From a virus, in IMG/VR virus record IMGVR_UViG_3300047586_000081, positions 3,014 through 67,013 of that record: a stretch of 64,000 nucleotides of DNA; one strand, given 5' to 3'. The position numbers were made by a program, and so were the translations under genes. Under the pieces are notes generated by a model. The model made no database searches. It had not been told where the DNA came from and was given only the letters and a program-made list of their open reading frames with translations. Below are positions 18,805 through 26,443 of the stretch, piece after piece. Numbering within the stretch: the first letter of the stretch is position 1; each line of letters starts with the position of its first letter.

Positions 18805-19016
18805 GCACCAATGACTGGGGAGTGGGCGAGGACGGGACCACCCAACTGGTTCGCATCCGGCTGTGCCTCGCTGGCCGAGAGAAGCCGCGGTACACGGACG
18901 TGATGACACGCCTGCGCGCCGAGCAAGAGCTGGCTGATTGGATGTTCTACCTCGATCCGAAGTTCGAGGGCGATGTCGTCGCCAGCGCCCTGATTGAGCC
19001 GTACACCCACAACTAA
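18801..19016 (+). CDS. hypothetical protein
   Basis: GTGA coupling. Confidence 0.6.
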   Translation: MSTNDWGVGEDGTTQLVRIRLCLAGREKPRYTDVMTRLRAEQELADWMFYLDPKFEGDVVASALIEPYTHN

Positions 19017-19028
19017 AAGGACCGTACC

Positions 19029-19241
19029 ATGAACTGGCGCCGTTTCCTGGGGCTCGCAGCCCCGAAGTTCTGCCGCTACTGCGGCCAGCCCATCATCCAC
19101 GGATCGCGCACTGTCCACCTCGGCTATGACGAGGAGACCGGCACCGAGCGGAAGCGCACCACTCAGGAATGGTGGTGCCCCTGGATCCTTGGAGACTCGG
19201 CTTTCACGAACAAGCACCAGGCTAGCTACAGGCACGGCTGA
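19029..19241 (+). CDS. small Zn-ribbon-like protein
   Basis: FCRYCG...WCP. Confidence 0.6.
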   Translation: MNWRRFLGLAAPKFCRYCGQPIIHGSRTVHLGYDEETGTERKRTTQEWWCPWILGDSAFTNKHQASYRHG

Positions 19242-19459
19242 TGTGCACCTGTCGTCCCATCGTGCTGGACCTGGGGACGGTCAAGGGGCTCTCTCACGAG
19301 TGGCGACACAACTGCCCCGTGCATGGCACGCAGTCGGAGTGGTACGCTCGCGAGGGCAAGGCAAAGCTCATAGCGCGCAGCCAGAAGGCGGTCGAGATGC
19401 AGTTCGCCGCTGCCGCCGCTCGGGCCAAGGCCCTTGAGAAAGGAGGCGAGGAACCGTGA
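19241..19459 (+). CDS. hypothetical protein
   Basis: CTC...CPVHG. Confidence 0.6.
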   Translation: MCTCRPIVLDLGTVKGLSHEWRHNCPVHGTQSEWYAREGKAKLIARSQKAVEMQFAAAAARAKALEKGGEEP

Positions 19460-19602
19460 GTCTCTTCGGGCTGATCCTGCTCATCATCATCATCATCCTG
19501 CTCCTGCGGGTCCTCTGGCCCACAGACACAGAGAAGCCCCCGCTACTTCAATCTAGCTCAGATCTGAGCCATATTGAAGGAACGGGGGCTTTTCTTGAAT
19601 AA
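19456..19602 (+). CDS. 48-aa membrane peptide
   Basis: GTGA coupling; LFGLILLIIIIILLL. Confidence 0.45.
   Translation: MSLFGLILLIIIIILLLRVLWPTDTEKPPLLQSSSDLSHIEGTGAFLE
19531..19596. terminator. bidirectional terminator at the convergence of the two arms
   Basis: AAGCCCCCG/CGGGGGCTT outer stem, inner CTTCAAT/ATTGAAG; purine and T tracts flank it. Confidence 0.7.
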
Positions 19603-19627
19603 CCCATCCCCTTATGCAAGGGAACGC

Positions 19628-20614
19628 TTATTCAGGGGTTCGAGCCGATGGAGTGTTGGGGGTCCAGCCGCGGTTGACCTCGGCAGAGACCTCCGCGTCG
19701 TAGTCGGGCCGTTCGACCGCCTGGTAGCGGACGTACTCTTCCTTGATGCGACCGATGGCCCCGGCGTCCGTCATGGCGATGTCCAGGATGATGCCACCGA
19801 TGGCCGGGTGCAGGCCCTTCGCGGCCAGGTAGGGATACTGGCGCTGGAAGCAAGGCACCTGGAACGCGGTGATGCCGTGGATCTGGTCCTTGCAGTAGAT
19901 GTGCAGGTGGCCCACCAGGAGCAGATCGACCGGGTCGCCGACCGGGAGGGCCTCCGCGATCTTCTGCAACCGGTAGCTGTCAGCGTACGGCTTGCCGCCG
20001 GACGGGTGGGACATGTAGATCTTGAGAGGTCCGAGTTCGACGTAGGTCGCGGTGTGCCCCACGTACTTGATGTCTGGGCGGTACACGCCGATTTGCCGCA
20101 CGACATTGACCCCGGAGTCCTTGTGGAAGGACATGTCGTGGTTGCCGCCCAGCACCAAGGTCTCCTGGCCGTCCTCGCCCCGAGGGTAAGTCTCGCTGGC
20201 GTAGGCGACCTGGCCATCGGATCCCTGGACGTGCAGCTCGTAGAGCCGCCCGATGTGCATCTTGGCGGTACCGTCGGTGATGTCACCGAGGTTGAGGAAC
20301 TTGTCCACTCCCTCGCTCGAAGCGTAGTGGTAGAAGTCCTTGAGCGCGGTGAGCTGCTCGTAGCTCGATCCGAGATGCGGGTCCGACATGACCCCGAGCT
20401 TGATGTGCTCTTTGCCCCGGTCGATGGGGATCCTGACCGTCTGGCCCTCGGGCTCTTTCTCGGTAATGAGCTTGCCGCCAATGATCTTGACATCGAAGCC
20501 GCGCTCGTACATGGCCGCGGCTAGGCGTTCGAGATCGGCGGGCTTGGCAGTCTCAGGGTCGATAACCCGGGCCGCCCGGAGCTTCTCCTCGACGCTGTCC
20601 TTTAGAGCTGACAT
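19628..20614 (-). CDS. calcineurin-like metallophosphoesterase
   Basis: SDPH.GS, GDITDG, GNHD, HP.GG, GHLH. Confidence 0.92.
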   Translation of the reverse strand: MSALKDSVEEKLRAARVIDPETAKPADLERLAAAMYERGFDVKIIGGKLITEKEPEGQTVRIPIDRGKEHIKLGVMSDPHLGSSYEQLTALKDFYHYASSEGVDKFLNLGDITDGTAKMHIGRLYELHVQGSDGQVAYASETYPRGEDGQETLVLGGNHDMSFHKDSGVNVVRQIGVYRPDIKYVGHTATYVELGPLKIYMSHPSGGKPYADSYRLQKIAEALPVGDPVDLLLVGHLHIYCKDQIHGITAFQVPCFQRQYPYLAAKGLHPAIGGIILDIAMTDAGAIGRIKEEYVRYQAVERPDYDAEVSAEVNRGWTPNTPSARTPE

Positions 20615-20856
20615 GTATGACACTCCCCGCGCCGATGGCGCTTGATGAGAGAGTCCGACATGGGGCGATCCAGCAGCGTACCGAGTTCTGAGGCAATCAG
20701 GGGAGCAGGGACATCACCGTCGGCTATCAGCGCTTGCAAGTCGGCCCAGGTCTCCTCGTCCATCTTCGTCTTGTGCAGAATGGAGAGAAGGCAGGGCCTA
20801 CCTCCAGTGACGCGTGTAGTGCGCGCGGCGATCACGTGATCGTAGAACTTGCCCAA
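20602..20856 (-). CDS. HTH-like protein with RHRRGxCxxC tail
   Basis: AGGAGG then TTG; motif often found upstream of phage phosphoesterases. Confidence 0.75.
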   Translation of the reverse strand: MGKFYDHVIAARTTRVTGGRPCLLSILHKTKMDEETWADLQALIADGDVPAPLIASELGTLLDRPMSDSLIKRHRRGECHTCQL

Positions 20857-20907
20857 GTAGTGTCCTCCTAGTGACGGGCACAGAATACACCCACTGGACG
20901 GGTTGCG

Positions 20908-21054
20908 CTACCTGTGTTTCGGAGGACGCTTCGGGATCAGCGTGGTGCCGCAATTGGGGCACGGCACGGTCTTGAGACCCGGCAGCTTGAGGTAGCCGAA
21001 GTACTCCTTGGGCGGGCATTTCGGGCAGACAAGCGGCAGGCCGTACTTAGGCAT
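20908..21054 (-). CDS. 48-aa zinc-ribbon protein (absent from ORF track)
   Basis: MPKYGLPLVCPKC...VPCPNCGTTL; overlaps the GT stop. Confidence 0.6.
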   Translation of the reverse strand: MPKYGLPLVCPKCPPKEYFGYLKLPGLKTVPCPNCGTTLIPKRPPKHR

Positions 21055-22144
21055 GGCCATTCTCCACTAGAACGCGCCGCAAGTACTCGTCGTACTTCCA
21101 GCGGATCGTGTCCGTCGAGAAGCGGCCGTATGCACTACCAGCGATCTCGTGCCGGTCCAGTGAGGGGGCGTCCTGTGCCGCGGAGATGTACTCCTCGGGT
21201 GAGGAGCAGCGCCAACCATCCACGCCCTGGCGCACCGTCTCGGTGAACGCACCCCAGTCCGACGTGATGACGGGTGTACCGGCCATCATGCTCTCGGCGT
21301 GAACACCGCAGAAGGCTTCGAGGTACATGCTCGGGCAGAACGTCGCGATGGCGCCGCCCATCAACCGAGCGCGTCCGGCTGGCCCTACCACACCAACGTG
21401 CTCGATGTGATCGCCAGACACCACGAGATCAATGCCGCGGAAGGTGTTGCCCTCCTGGGTACAGCCATTTCCGGCGATGATGAGTTTCGCCCCGATGGCG
21501 CGCGTAGCCTCGACGGCGCGCTCGATGCCCTTACGGCGGATGAAACGGCAGACCATCAGGTAGTAGCCGCCATCGCCAGGCCCAGGCGGGAAGTCCTCGG
21601 CCTCGAACGAGTTGGGGATCACGATGTCCCCGGTGCGCTCGTTATCGGGAATGCCCTGTACTTGCTGCCGCCCGGCAATGAAGTGTCGCAGGGCGTAGCT
21701 CTCGTACACGCGGTACGGCGCCCACACCCCCCAGTAGCCCACGCCGACCTCAACGGGGATCAGCTCGGGTAGGGCCTCGGCTACCGACTTCTGGCTCCAG
21801 CCCATGGTCAGGCCCAGGATGTCCCCGGGCTCCATGCGCTGGCGAATGGCGTAGATCGCGCGGGCGTTCAGGGCCTGCCAGTACGGCAACTGGTCGTCCC
21901 ACTGGTCGAAGGTTTCTTTGGCCCAGTCGCGACCCGCAAACCAGATCGCCTGGTCTTGACGAGTCACGATGGGAATGTGCTCAGTGCAACGAGCCTCGTT
22001 CTCTTCGCCCGCATAGAGCCGCACGTCCCACCCGGCATCGTGCAGCATGTTGGCTTCTTTGCGGGTCTTCTCGGTAAAGGCACACCAGCTGAATGCCTTT
22101 GTGGTTTCCGTGTGCGGAAACCCTAGGAGATGGATCCGGGGCAT
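21047..22144 (-). CDS. GT-B (GT4-like) glycosyltransferase
   Basis: R....KG, PS.Y.EAFCGV..E.M..GTPVI.SD.G...E.V..G..G. Confidence 0.92.
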   Translation of the reverse strand: MPRIHLLGFPHTETTKAFSWCAFTEKTRKEANMLHDAGWDVRLYAGEENEARCTEHIPIVTRQDQAIWFAGRDWAKETFDQWDDQLPYWQALNARAIYAIRQRMEPGDILGLTMGWSQKSVAEALPELIPVEVGVGYWGVWAPYRVYESYALRHFIAGRQQVQGIPDNERTGDIVIPNSFEAEDFPPGPGDGGYYLMVCRFIRRKGIERAVEATRAIGAKLIIAGNGCTQEGNTFRGIDLVVSGDHIEHVGVVGPAGRARLMGGAIATFCPSMYLEAFCGVHAESMMAGTPVITSDWGAFTETVRQGVDGWRCSSPEEYISAAQDAPSLDRHEIAGSAYGRFSTDTIRWKYDEYLRRVLVENGHA

Positions 22145-22194
22145 TCTAGCTCTCCCGTGCGGGTTGGTTGACAACAGTGTACGCGTTTTCGGGA

Positions 22195-22863
22195 TCAGAT
22201 AATCACCACGGCTTGTGACGCAGGAACTGCGGTAATTGCCGCCTCCTTGATGAAGATGTGTCCGCCCGCCGTCTTGGGGGTTCCGGCGGCATTGGTCCAC
22301 GCCGCGGACAGCGCTCCGACATCCGCTACATCCGAGAGCGCCAGGTATGAGAGACAGATAGCGATCCAGTTGTTCGGGCCGCCAGCCGCGAGCCTATTGT
22401 AGCCAGCCGGATCTGCCGGTGTCGCCGCGACACCGTCTGTGTCCTCGGAACTCCACGCAAGATCGATCCCATTGCCGCTCGCCCAAGGGCCAATCGCCGG
22501 GATCGGGCACGTCGCGACAGAGGCGCCTTCGACTCCGCACTGGAGCGGGTCGGGAATAGCCTGGACCGCACCAGACACAGCGACGCAAACCGCCGCCGTG
22601 GCTTGGCCGGTAATCGTGATTTCCACGCTGTCCCCCAGCGCACCGGTATCCACTATGCCCCACAGGTAGAGGTACTTGTGATCGTAGGATGGGCCTACTG
22701 TCTGCTCGGCCAGCAAAGCCCAACCATCTGGCGTGGAAGGAGTCGCCGAGCCGTACACTCCGGCGACTAACACGTCACCGGCCACGTGCCCGATAGGGAG
22801 TAGTACCGACAGGGTCGAACCACTCCCACCACTGTAGATTGCTGCGCGCAAGTCGATACTCAT
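22195..22863 (-). CDS. minor tail / receptor-binding domain protein, paralog of the fibre central domain
   Basis: Colinear similarity to the middle of 22884-24899. Confidence 0.75.
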   Translation of the reverse strand: MSIDLRAAIYSGGSGSTLSVLLPIGHVAGDVLVAGVYGSATPSTPDGWALLAEQTVGPSYDHKYLYLWGIVDTGALGDSVEITITGQATAAVCVAVSGAVQAIPDPLQCGVEGASVATCPIPAIGPWASGNGIDLAWSSEDTDGVAATPADPAGYNRLAAGGPNNWIAICLSYLALSDVADVGALSAAWTNAAGTPKTAGGHIFIKEAAITAVPASQAVVII

Positions 22864-22883
22864 GATGTTTGCCTCCTAAGGAT

Positions 22884-24899
22884 CTAGGTGATGCTCGCTA
22901 CCACAGCGGAGAAGTTTCCGCCATGTGAGTTGATGAAGTGACCCAGGGGTGCGGAGAGCCCCGGAAACCCGAAAGCAACAGCATACCCGGCGCTGTCACC
23001 CCCGGATGGATACGAGTGCGCAAACTGGAGCAGGCCCAGCCCGGCGTACGCATTGAAGCCCGCGCCGTACGTGCTTTCCGCACCGGCGGCGATCACGAGC
23101 GCCGTGCAGACAGATGGCGTGACTACCGGCAGGAAGCTGCCCTGGGCAGCTCCCGTGATGGCGCCTGACTGATCGAGAGTGCCTGTGAGCCCAGACCACT
23201 CACTCGCGTGGAACCCGCAGTATGTCGTGTCGCTGTACGTGACCGTAATGCCGGTATCCGCCGAGCCGGAAACGATACCGACCCAGATCTCACAGTGGGG
23301 GCTAGAGCTGGCCGTGCTCTCAGCCAGCTTCGACCACGATACGTTCGTCTGTGTGATCGAGGAGATGTTGGTGCCGCCTTCGCTCTCCGAGCACAAGACG
23401 AGGACGTTCCCGTTCGTCGGAGTCGCGCCCAGGGTCGCCGTGGCACTCCCTTGGTCAGCCGCCGTAGAGGTGACTTCTTGCACAGGCAACCGCGCTCCCG
23501 TACTGCCACCCCCGCCCGGGGCGCCGGTTCCACCTGTAGGGCCAGTCGCACCAGTAGGACCACCAGAGGGGCCAGTTCCACCGGTGCCACCGGTCGCGCC
23601 AGCAGTTCCTGTCCCACCTGTTCCGCCAGCTGCGCCTGTACCGCCCGCAGCACCGGTGCCACCAGTGCCACCCGTGCCGCCGGTGCCACCAGCAGATGAC
23701 CAGGCCGGGGAGCCCGAGACAACTTCGAGGACCTGACCCTCGTCTCCAACGGGCAGCCGAGTAGGGGCACCGCTAACGCTACCCGCAGCCCTGATGAAGA
23801 CGTGACCACCCGCGGCGTGAGGGCTCCCGGGGTTGGTCCATTCAGAAGTCAGCGCTCCGACCGTGGTTACATTCGAGAGAACCTTGTAGGAAAGAACAAA
23901 GTCGTGCCAGGTGTTTGGGTGACCCTCGATGCCCCTACTGTACCCAGCCGGGTCCGCCACGGTCGGCAAGCTGCCAGTGCTGGTGCTCTCACCGCAGAAC
24001 GTCAGATCTACCCCGTTGCTGCCCGCCCAGGTGCCCAGTTCCGGGAGCGGGCACGTCTCCGAGGCGGCGGCCTGCGTCCCATACTGAGCCGAGCCTGGGA
24101 TCGCTTGTTCTGCACCAGAAAGGGCGATGCAGATAGCCATCAGCCCACCGGCGGTCGCAGAAACGGTCACACTCGCCCCGAGCGAACCGGTGTCCACGAT
24201 AGCGAACAGGCTCAGGTACCTGTCGGTTGACGGCTGTGGCGAACCCAGCGGAGTCCATCCACTAGGGGTCGAAGGGCTGTTGTCACTAAACACACCGAGA
24301 ACCAGCACGTCACCGACTACGTGCCCGGTCGGGAGCGTCACGACCACAGACGTGGTGTACCCATTGCCGTTGTAGGTGGGTGTGTCGCGCAAGGCTGCGG
24401 TTCCGCTACCAATACCGGTACCGCCCACGATCAGATCACCAATCTGCGTCATTGGGTTGGACATGCTGCTGCCATCACCAGAGCCCGCAGCACCAGTGCC
24501 GCCAGTACCGCCCGTGGCGCCCACCGCTCCGGTCCCGCCCGTGCCGCCTGTACCGCCTACGCCGCCGGTGCCGCCCGTATCGCCAGCCGCTCCTGTGCCA
24601 CCAGTGCCACCAGTGCCGCCTGTACCGCCCGCGCCAGACCCACCAGAGCCAGCAGCTCCCGTGCCACCCGTTCCGCCAGTACCACCGGTGCCACCGGTGC
24701 CACCGGTGCCGCCCGCCCCAGAACCACCCGTGCCTCCGCCGCCATAGGTATGCAGAGACTCCAAGGCGGCGTGGACAGTGGTCCCACTGCCGATGGTGCC
24801 CGTGGCGCCCGTAGCGCCGATCTGGCCATCGACCAGGACGTTGGAGTCGAGATCGGTGCCGTGGTGATCGTAGAGGCGGGAGTGGGTGTTTCGGCTCAT
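22884..24899 (-). CDS. tail fibre with Gly-Gly-Thr repeats
   Basis: Two GGT runs, NPMT..GDLI.G and PTRLPVG..GQVL.V...P.W fibre motifs, beta-rich domains. Confidence 0.85.
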   Translation of the reverse strand: MSRNTHSRLYDHHGTDLDSNVLVDGQIGATGATGTIGSGTTVHAALESLHTYGGGGTGGSGAGGTGGTGGTGGTGGTGGTGAAGSGGSGAGGTGGTGGTGGTGAAGDTGGTGGVGGTGGTGGTGAVGATGGTGGTGAAGSGDGSSMSNPMTQIGDLIVGGTGIGSGTAALRDTPTYNGNGYTTSVVVTLPTGHVVGDVLVLGVFSDNSPSTPSGWTPLGSPQPSTDRYLSLFAIVDTGSLGASVTVSATAGGLMAICIALSGAEQAIPGSAQYGTQAAASETCPLPELGTWAGSNGVDLTFCGESTSTGSLPTVADPAGYSRGIEGHPNTWHDFVLSYKVLSNVTTVGALTSEWTNPGSPHAAGGHVFIRAAGSVSGAPTRLPVGDEGQVLEVVSGSPAWSSAGGTGGTGGTGGTGAAGGTGAAGGTGGTGTAGATGGTGGTGPSGGPTGATGPTGGTGAPGGGGSTGARLPVQEVTSTAADQGSATATLGATPTNGNVLVLCSESEGGTNISSITQTNVSWSKLAESTASSSPHCEIWVGIVSGSADTGITVTYSDTTYCGFHASEWSGLTGTLDQSGAITGAAQGSFLPVVTPSVCTALVIAAGAESTYGAGFNAYAGLGLLQFAHSYPSGGDSAGYAVAFGFPGLSAPLGHFINSHGGNFSAVVASIT

Positions 24900-26443
24900 T
24901 ACGTGGTCCTACACTCGATCACTAGATCGTCGGTGGTGTGCAAGCCCTCACTGAAGGTGACCGTCGATGTATCCGTCTCAGCATAGTCGGTGCCAAGCCG
25001 CTGGAGTAGCCCATTGAGGTAGCACAGCGTCGAGCCCAGGATGTACGTGAAGGGCATTACGAAGACCGTCTGTCCCTCCGTCGGCGTAAAGGTGAAGGAT
25101 CCATACGACCCCGCGCTGGCGGAAGAAGAGTCATTGTTAGTGAACGACACGGCCGCACTGGTAACCTGTTGGGTGGTACGCAGGCCCATGATGAAGGCCC
25201 ACAGCCAGCCTGGATCGGCCAGCTGCAAACCAAACTGCCCAGTGAACTTCACGTACGGGTTGCCGCCGGGATCCAACGAGGGAAAGCTAAAGCTCAGGCT
25301 TCGCAACGGCAGATTTACGATGAGGGGGTCTCCGTCCACTCCGAATGAGTAGAGCACCATTGGCATAACATAGCCAGGGACAACGTGTTGGCGCGTTCCT
25401 CCGCTGAGCGGCACATCATGAGCAAACCAGGTGCATTCGTACTGTGGTTGGACATTCTTCATGCCGCGTGCTGTTCCAAATGAAGTGCCAGGCATGCCGT
25501 TGACGATGAGGTCGGCCCGCACCCAGACTTCATTATAAATGCCGTAGCCATCCTCTCCCATGTGGTTCTCGGGCCACTGCCAAAGGTTGTGGTCAATAAT
25601 CGAGGCCGAGTCTGTCGATCTCGCAAAGACCGTGCCTCCATCTGTGCCCGCCCACAGGCCGCCGCCCCACACGAAGGCATCGTTGACCAGCCCGCCACCG
25701 TCGTCGGTTTGGGTACACTCCCGCATCCCGTACGTGGCGAGTGCCTCGGATGGAAGTGGCAGCTCGTTCGGCTTATCCGAGAAGCCCCAGGGCATCAAGG
25801 TGCTCTCGACCGCATGCAGATGAAGATGGAAGCCCGGATCGATGTAGTACAGCGCTCCCCATTTGGCCAGCTCTGTCATAAGTTCGCGCCAGTAGGTGCC
25901 CTGTTGGATCGCAGTGAACTTGGTTCCCGCCGCGGGTGCTCCACCGTCAGGATTGCGCTCAAGCCAACCGACATCATCCACAAACGTAGTGATGTCCAAT
26001 CCGTCTGGCACATCGAGGTAGTGAGCGAGATATACGTCCTTCAGCCAAGGCCCCATCTTGTAACTTGGCGCATCCCAAGGGCCAGGGGTCTTCAGGTAGT
26101 TGCCTGGGTCTCGGTAAACGCGCTTATCGAAGAGGATGTTGTAGTCCACACATTGAAGCGTCCACTGGCGGGCCTTTACCGTGCTCGGAGTAGAGGTATC
26201 CACTACCGGGAAAGCAAACCCCCGCTGCACCTGCGAGATGTAGCCGCCCCACAGAGGCACACCATCGAGGGTCACCACCAGCTTCTTGCCCGTGATGAAG
26301 TCATAGATCTGATCCGGGTCTTTGACCACCACCGTAGCCGTGCCGGGGGCGCCACCCATCTGGGTCTGAAAACGGGTCTGGGCGTAAAGCACAGAGGAAT
26401 GGATGTCGCCGATGTCCTCTACGTCGATTGAGATCGTACTCAT
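24899..26443 (-). CDS. minor tail / baseplate hub (Tal-like) protein 2
   Basis: Position; WGGYI..V and YYIDP; paralog of the upstream gene. Confidence 0.75.
   Translation of the reverse strand: MSTISIDVEDIGDIHSSVLYAQTRFQTQMGGAPGTATVVVKDPDQIYDFITGKKLVVTLDGVPLWGGYISQVQRGFAFPVVDTSTPSTVKARQWTLQCVDYNILFDKRVYRDPGNYLKTPGPWDAPSYKMGPWLKDVYLAHYLDVPDGLDITTFVDDVGWLERNPDGGAPAAGTKFTAIQQGTYWRELMTELAKWGALYYIDPGFHLHLHAVESTLMPWGFSDKPNELPLPSEALATYGMRECTQTDDGGGLVNDAFVWGGGLWAGTDGGTVFARSTDSASIIDHNLWQWPENHMGEDGYGIYNEVWVRADLIVNGMPGTSFGTARGMKNVQPQYECTWFAHDVPLSGGTRQHVVPGYVMPMVLYSFGVDGDPLIVNLPLRSLSFSFPSLDPGGNPYVKFTGQFGLQLADPGWLWAFIMGLRTTQQVTSAAVSFTNNDSSSASAGSYGSFTFTPTEGQTVFVMPFTYILGSTLCYLNGLLQRLGTDYAETDTSTVTFSEGLHTTDDLVIECRTT

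Noticed and set aside
19574-20524. Long antisense ORFs (also 29295-30458, 40083-41042, 54435-55406)
   Set aside because: Shadow frames of high-GC genes with clear products on the opposite strand
23500-24740. 9-bp periodic repeats and + strand PVP-rich ORFs (also 44776-45297)
   Set aside because: Antisense shadow of the GGT-repeat genes
22195-24899. Diversity-generating retroelement or shufflon
   Set aside because: No reverse transcriptase or invertase; the paralogs are diverged throughout rather than at adenines
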